From NCBI GenBank assembly GCA_032718475.1, contig JAUCBJ010004458.1:1-64000 (forward strand): 64,000 nt of DNA. Direction: 5' to 3'. Positions 62,201 through 64,000 of the stretch are shown here, piece after piece. The notes beneath the pieces were generated by a model. It saw only the letters and a list, made by a program, of their open reading frames with translations. It made no database searches and was not told where the DNA came from. Every line of letters starts with the position of its first letter. Position 1 is the first letter of the stretch. Position numbers and translations under genes: made by a program. Source of the stretch: Nemertoderma westbladi. Lineage: Eukaryota > Animalia > Xenacoelomorpha.

Positions 62201-64000
62201 CGGCGACCTACCTGGTTGTGGTCGTATATATACAGGAATGTGATTGGTTAGGTCTGAAAGAGGGCGACCTACCTGGTTATGGTCGAATATATTCAGGAAT
62301 GTGATTGGTTAGGTATGAAAGACGGCGACCTAACTGGTTGTTATGGTCATATATATACAGCAATGTGATTGGTTAGGTCTGAAAGACAGCGACCTACCTG
62401 GTTATGGTGGTATATATTCAGGAATGTGATTGGTTAGGTCTGAAAGACGGCGACCTACCTGGTTATGGTCATATATATACAGGGATGTGATTGGTTAGGT
62501 CTGAAAGACGGCGACCTACCTGGTTATGGTCGTATATATACAGGAATGGGATTGGTTAGGTCTGAAAGACGGCGACCTACCTGTTTATATGGTCGTATAT
62601 ATTCAGGAATGTGATGTTAGGTCTGAAAGGCGGCGAACTACCTGGTTATGGTCATATATATACAGGAATGTGATTGGTTAGGTCTGAAAGGCGGCGACCT
62701 ACCTGGTTATGGTCGTATATATTCAGGAATGTGATTGGTTAGGTATAAAAGACGGCGCCCTAACTGGTTGTTATGGTCATATATATATATATATACGGGA
62801 ATGTGTTTGGTTAGGTCTGAAAGACAACGACCTAACTGGTTGTTATGGTCATATATATACAGGAATGTGATTGGTTAGGTCTGAAAGACGGCGACATACC
62901 TGGTTATGGTCATATATATACAGGAATGTGATTGGTTATGTCTGAAAGGCGGCGACCTAACTTGTTGTTATGGTCATATATACATATATATACAGGAATG
63001 TGATTGGTTAGGTCTGAAAGACGGCGACATACCTGGTTATGGTCATATATATACAGGAATGTGATTGGTTAGGTCTGAAAGACGGCGACATACCTGGTTA
63101 TGGTCGTATATATTCAGGAATGTGATGTTAGGTCTGAAAGGCGGCGAACTACCTGGTTATGATCATATATATACAGGAATGTGATTGGTTAGGTCTGAAA
63201 GACGGCGACCTACCTGGTTATGGTCATATATATACAGGAATGTGATTGGTTAGGTCTGAAAGACGGCGACCTACCTGGTTATGGTCATATATATACAGGA
63301 ATGTGATTGGTTAGGTCTGAAAGACGGCAACATACCTGGTTGTGGTCGTATATATTCAGGAATGTGATTGGTTATGTCTGAAAGACGGCGACATACCTGG
63401 TTATAGTCATATATATACAGGAATGTGATTGGTTAGGTCTGAAAGACGGCGACATACCTGGTTATGGTCATATATATACAGGAATGTGATTGGTTAGGTC
63501 TGAAAGACGGCGACATACCTGGTTATGGTCATATATATACAGGAATGTGATTGGTTAGGTCTGAAAGACGGCGACGTACCTGGTTATGGTCATATATATA
63601 CAGGAATGTGATTAGTTAGGTCTGAAAGACGGCGACATACCTGGTTGGTTATGGTCATATATATACAGGAATGTGATTGGTTAGGTCTGAAAGACGGCGA
63701 CATACCTGGTTATGGTCATATATATACAGGAATGTGATTGGTTAGGTCTGAAAGACGGCGACATACCTGGTTATGGTCATATATATACAGGAATGTGATT
63801 GGTTAGGTCTGAAAGACGGCGACATACCTGGTTATGGTCGTATATATTCAGGAATGTGATTGGTTATGTCTGAAAGACGGCGACCTACCTGGTTATGGTC
63901 ATATATATACAGGAATGTGATTGGTTAGGTCTGAAAGACGGCGACATACCTGGTTATGGTCATATATATACAGGAATGTGATTGGTTAGGTCTGAAAGAC
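59205..64000. repeat. 61-bp minisatellite (GGTTAGGTCTGAAAGACGGCGACATACCTGGTTATGGTCATATATATACAGGAATGTGATT), about 78 units, runs off the right edge; probably in an upstream MXD intron
   Basis: Period of 61 (one-base shift per 60-nt line); variable (TA)n inside the unit. Confidence 0.98.

Overview
AT-rich eukaryotic (animal, probably invertebrate) genomic window. A plus-strand gene of 8 coding exons (about 3568-35259) can be assembled by hand with consistent GT-AG phases and ends in a MIEAP/SPATA18-like C-terminal domain. Its 13-kb fifth intron holds three nested genes: MRPS26 with a long charged-repeat tail, a Ttd14-like P-loop/CYTH protein and an HMGB-like protein. The right half holds the 3' exons of a minus-strand Mad/Mxi1 (MXD) bHLH-ZIP gene. 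Four large minisatellites (28, 41, 30 and 61 bp units) cover roughly a quarter of the window. The intronic ones carry a 5' splice-site motif on the host gene's sense strand in nearly every unit, and the 41-mer is a direct amplification of a real exon-intron junction. The window also contains LINE fragments with TSDs, many MITE/foldback elements, and a tRNA-derived SINE with a 5' inversion typical of twin priming. All family assignments come from motif recognition; no database searches were run.
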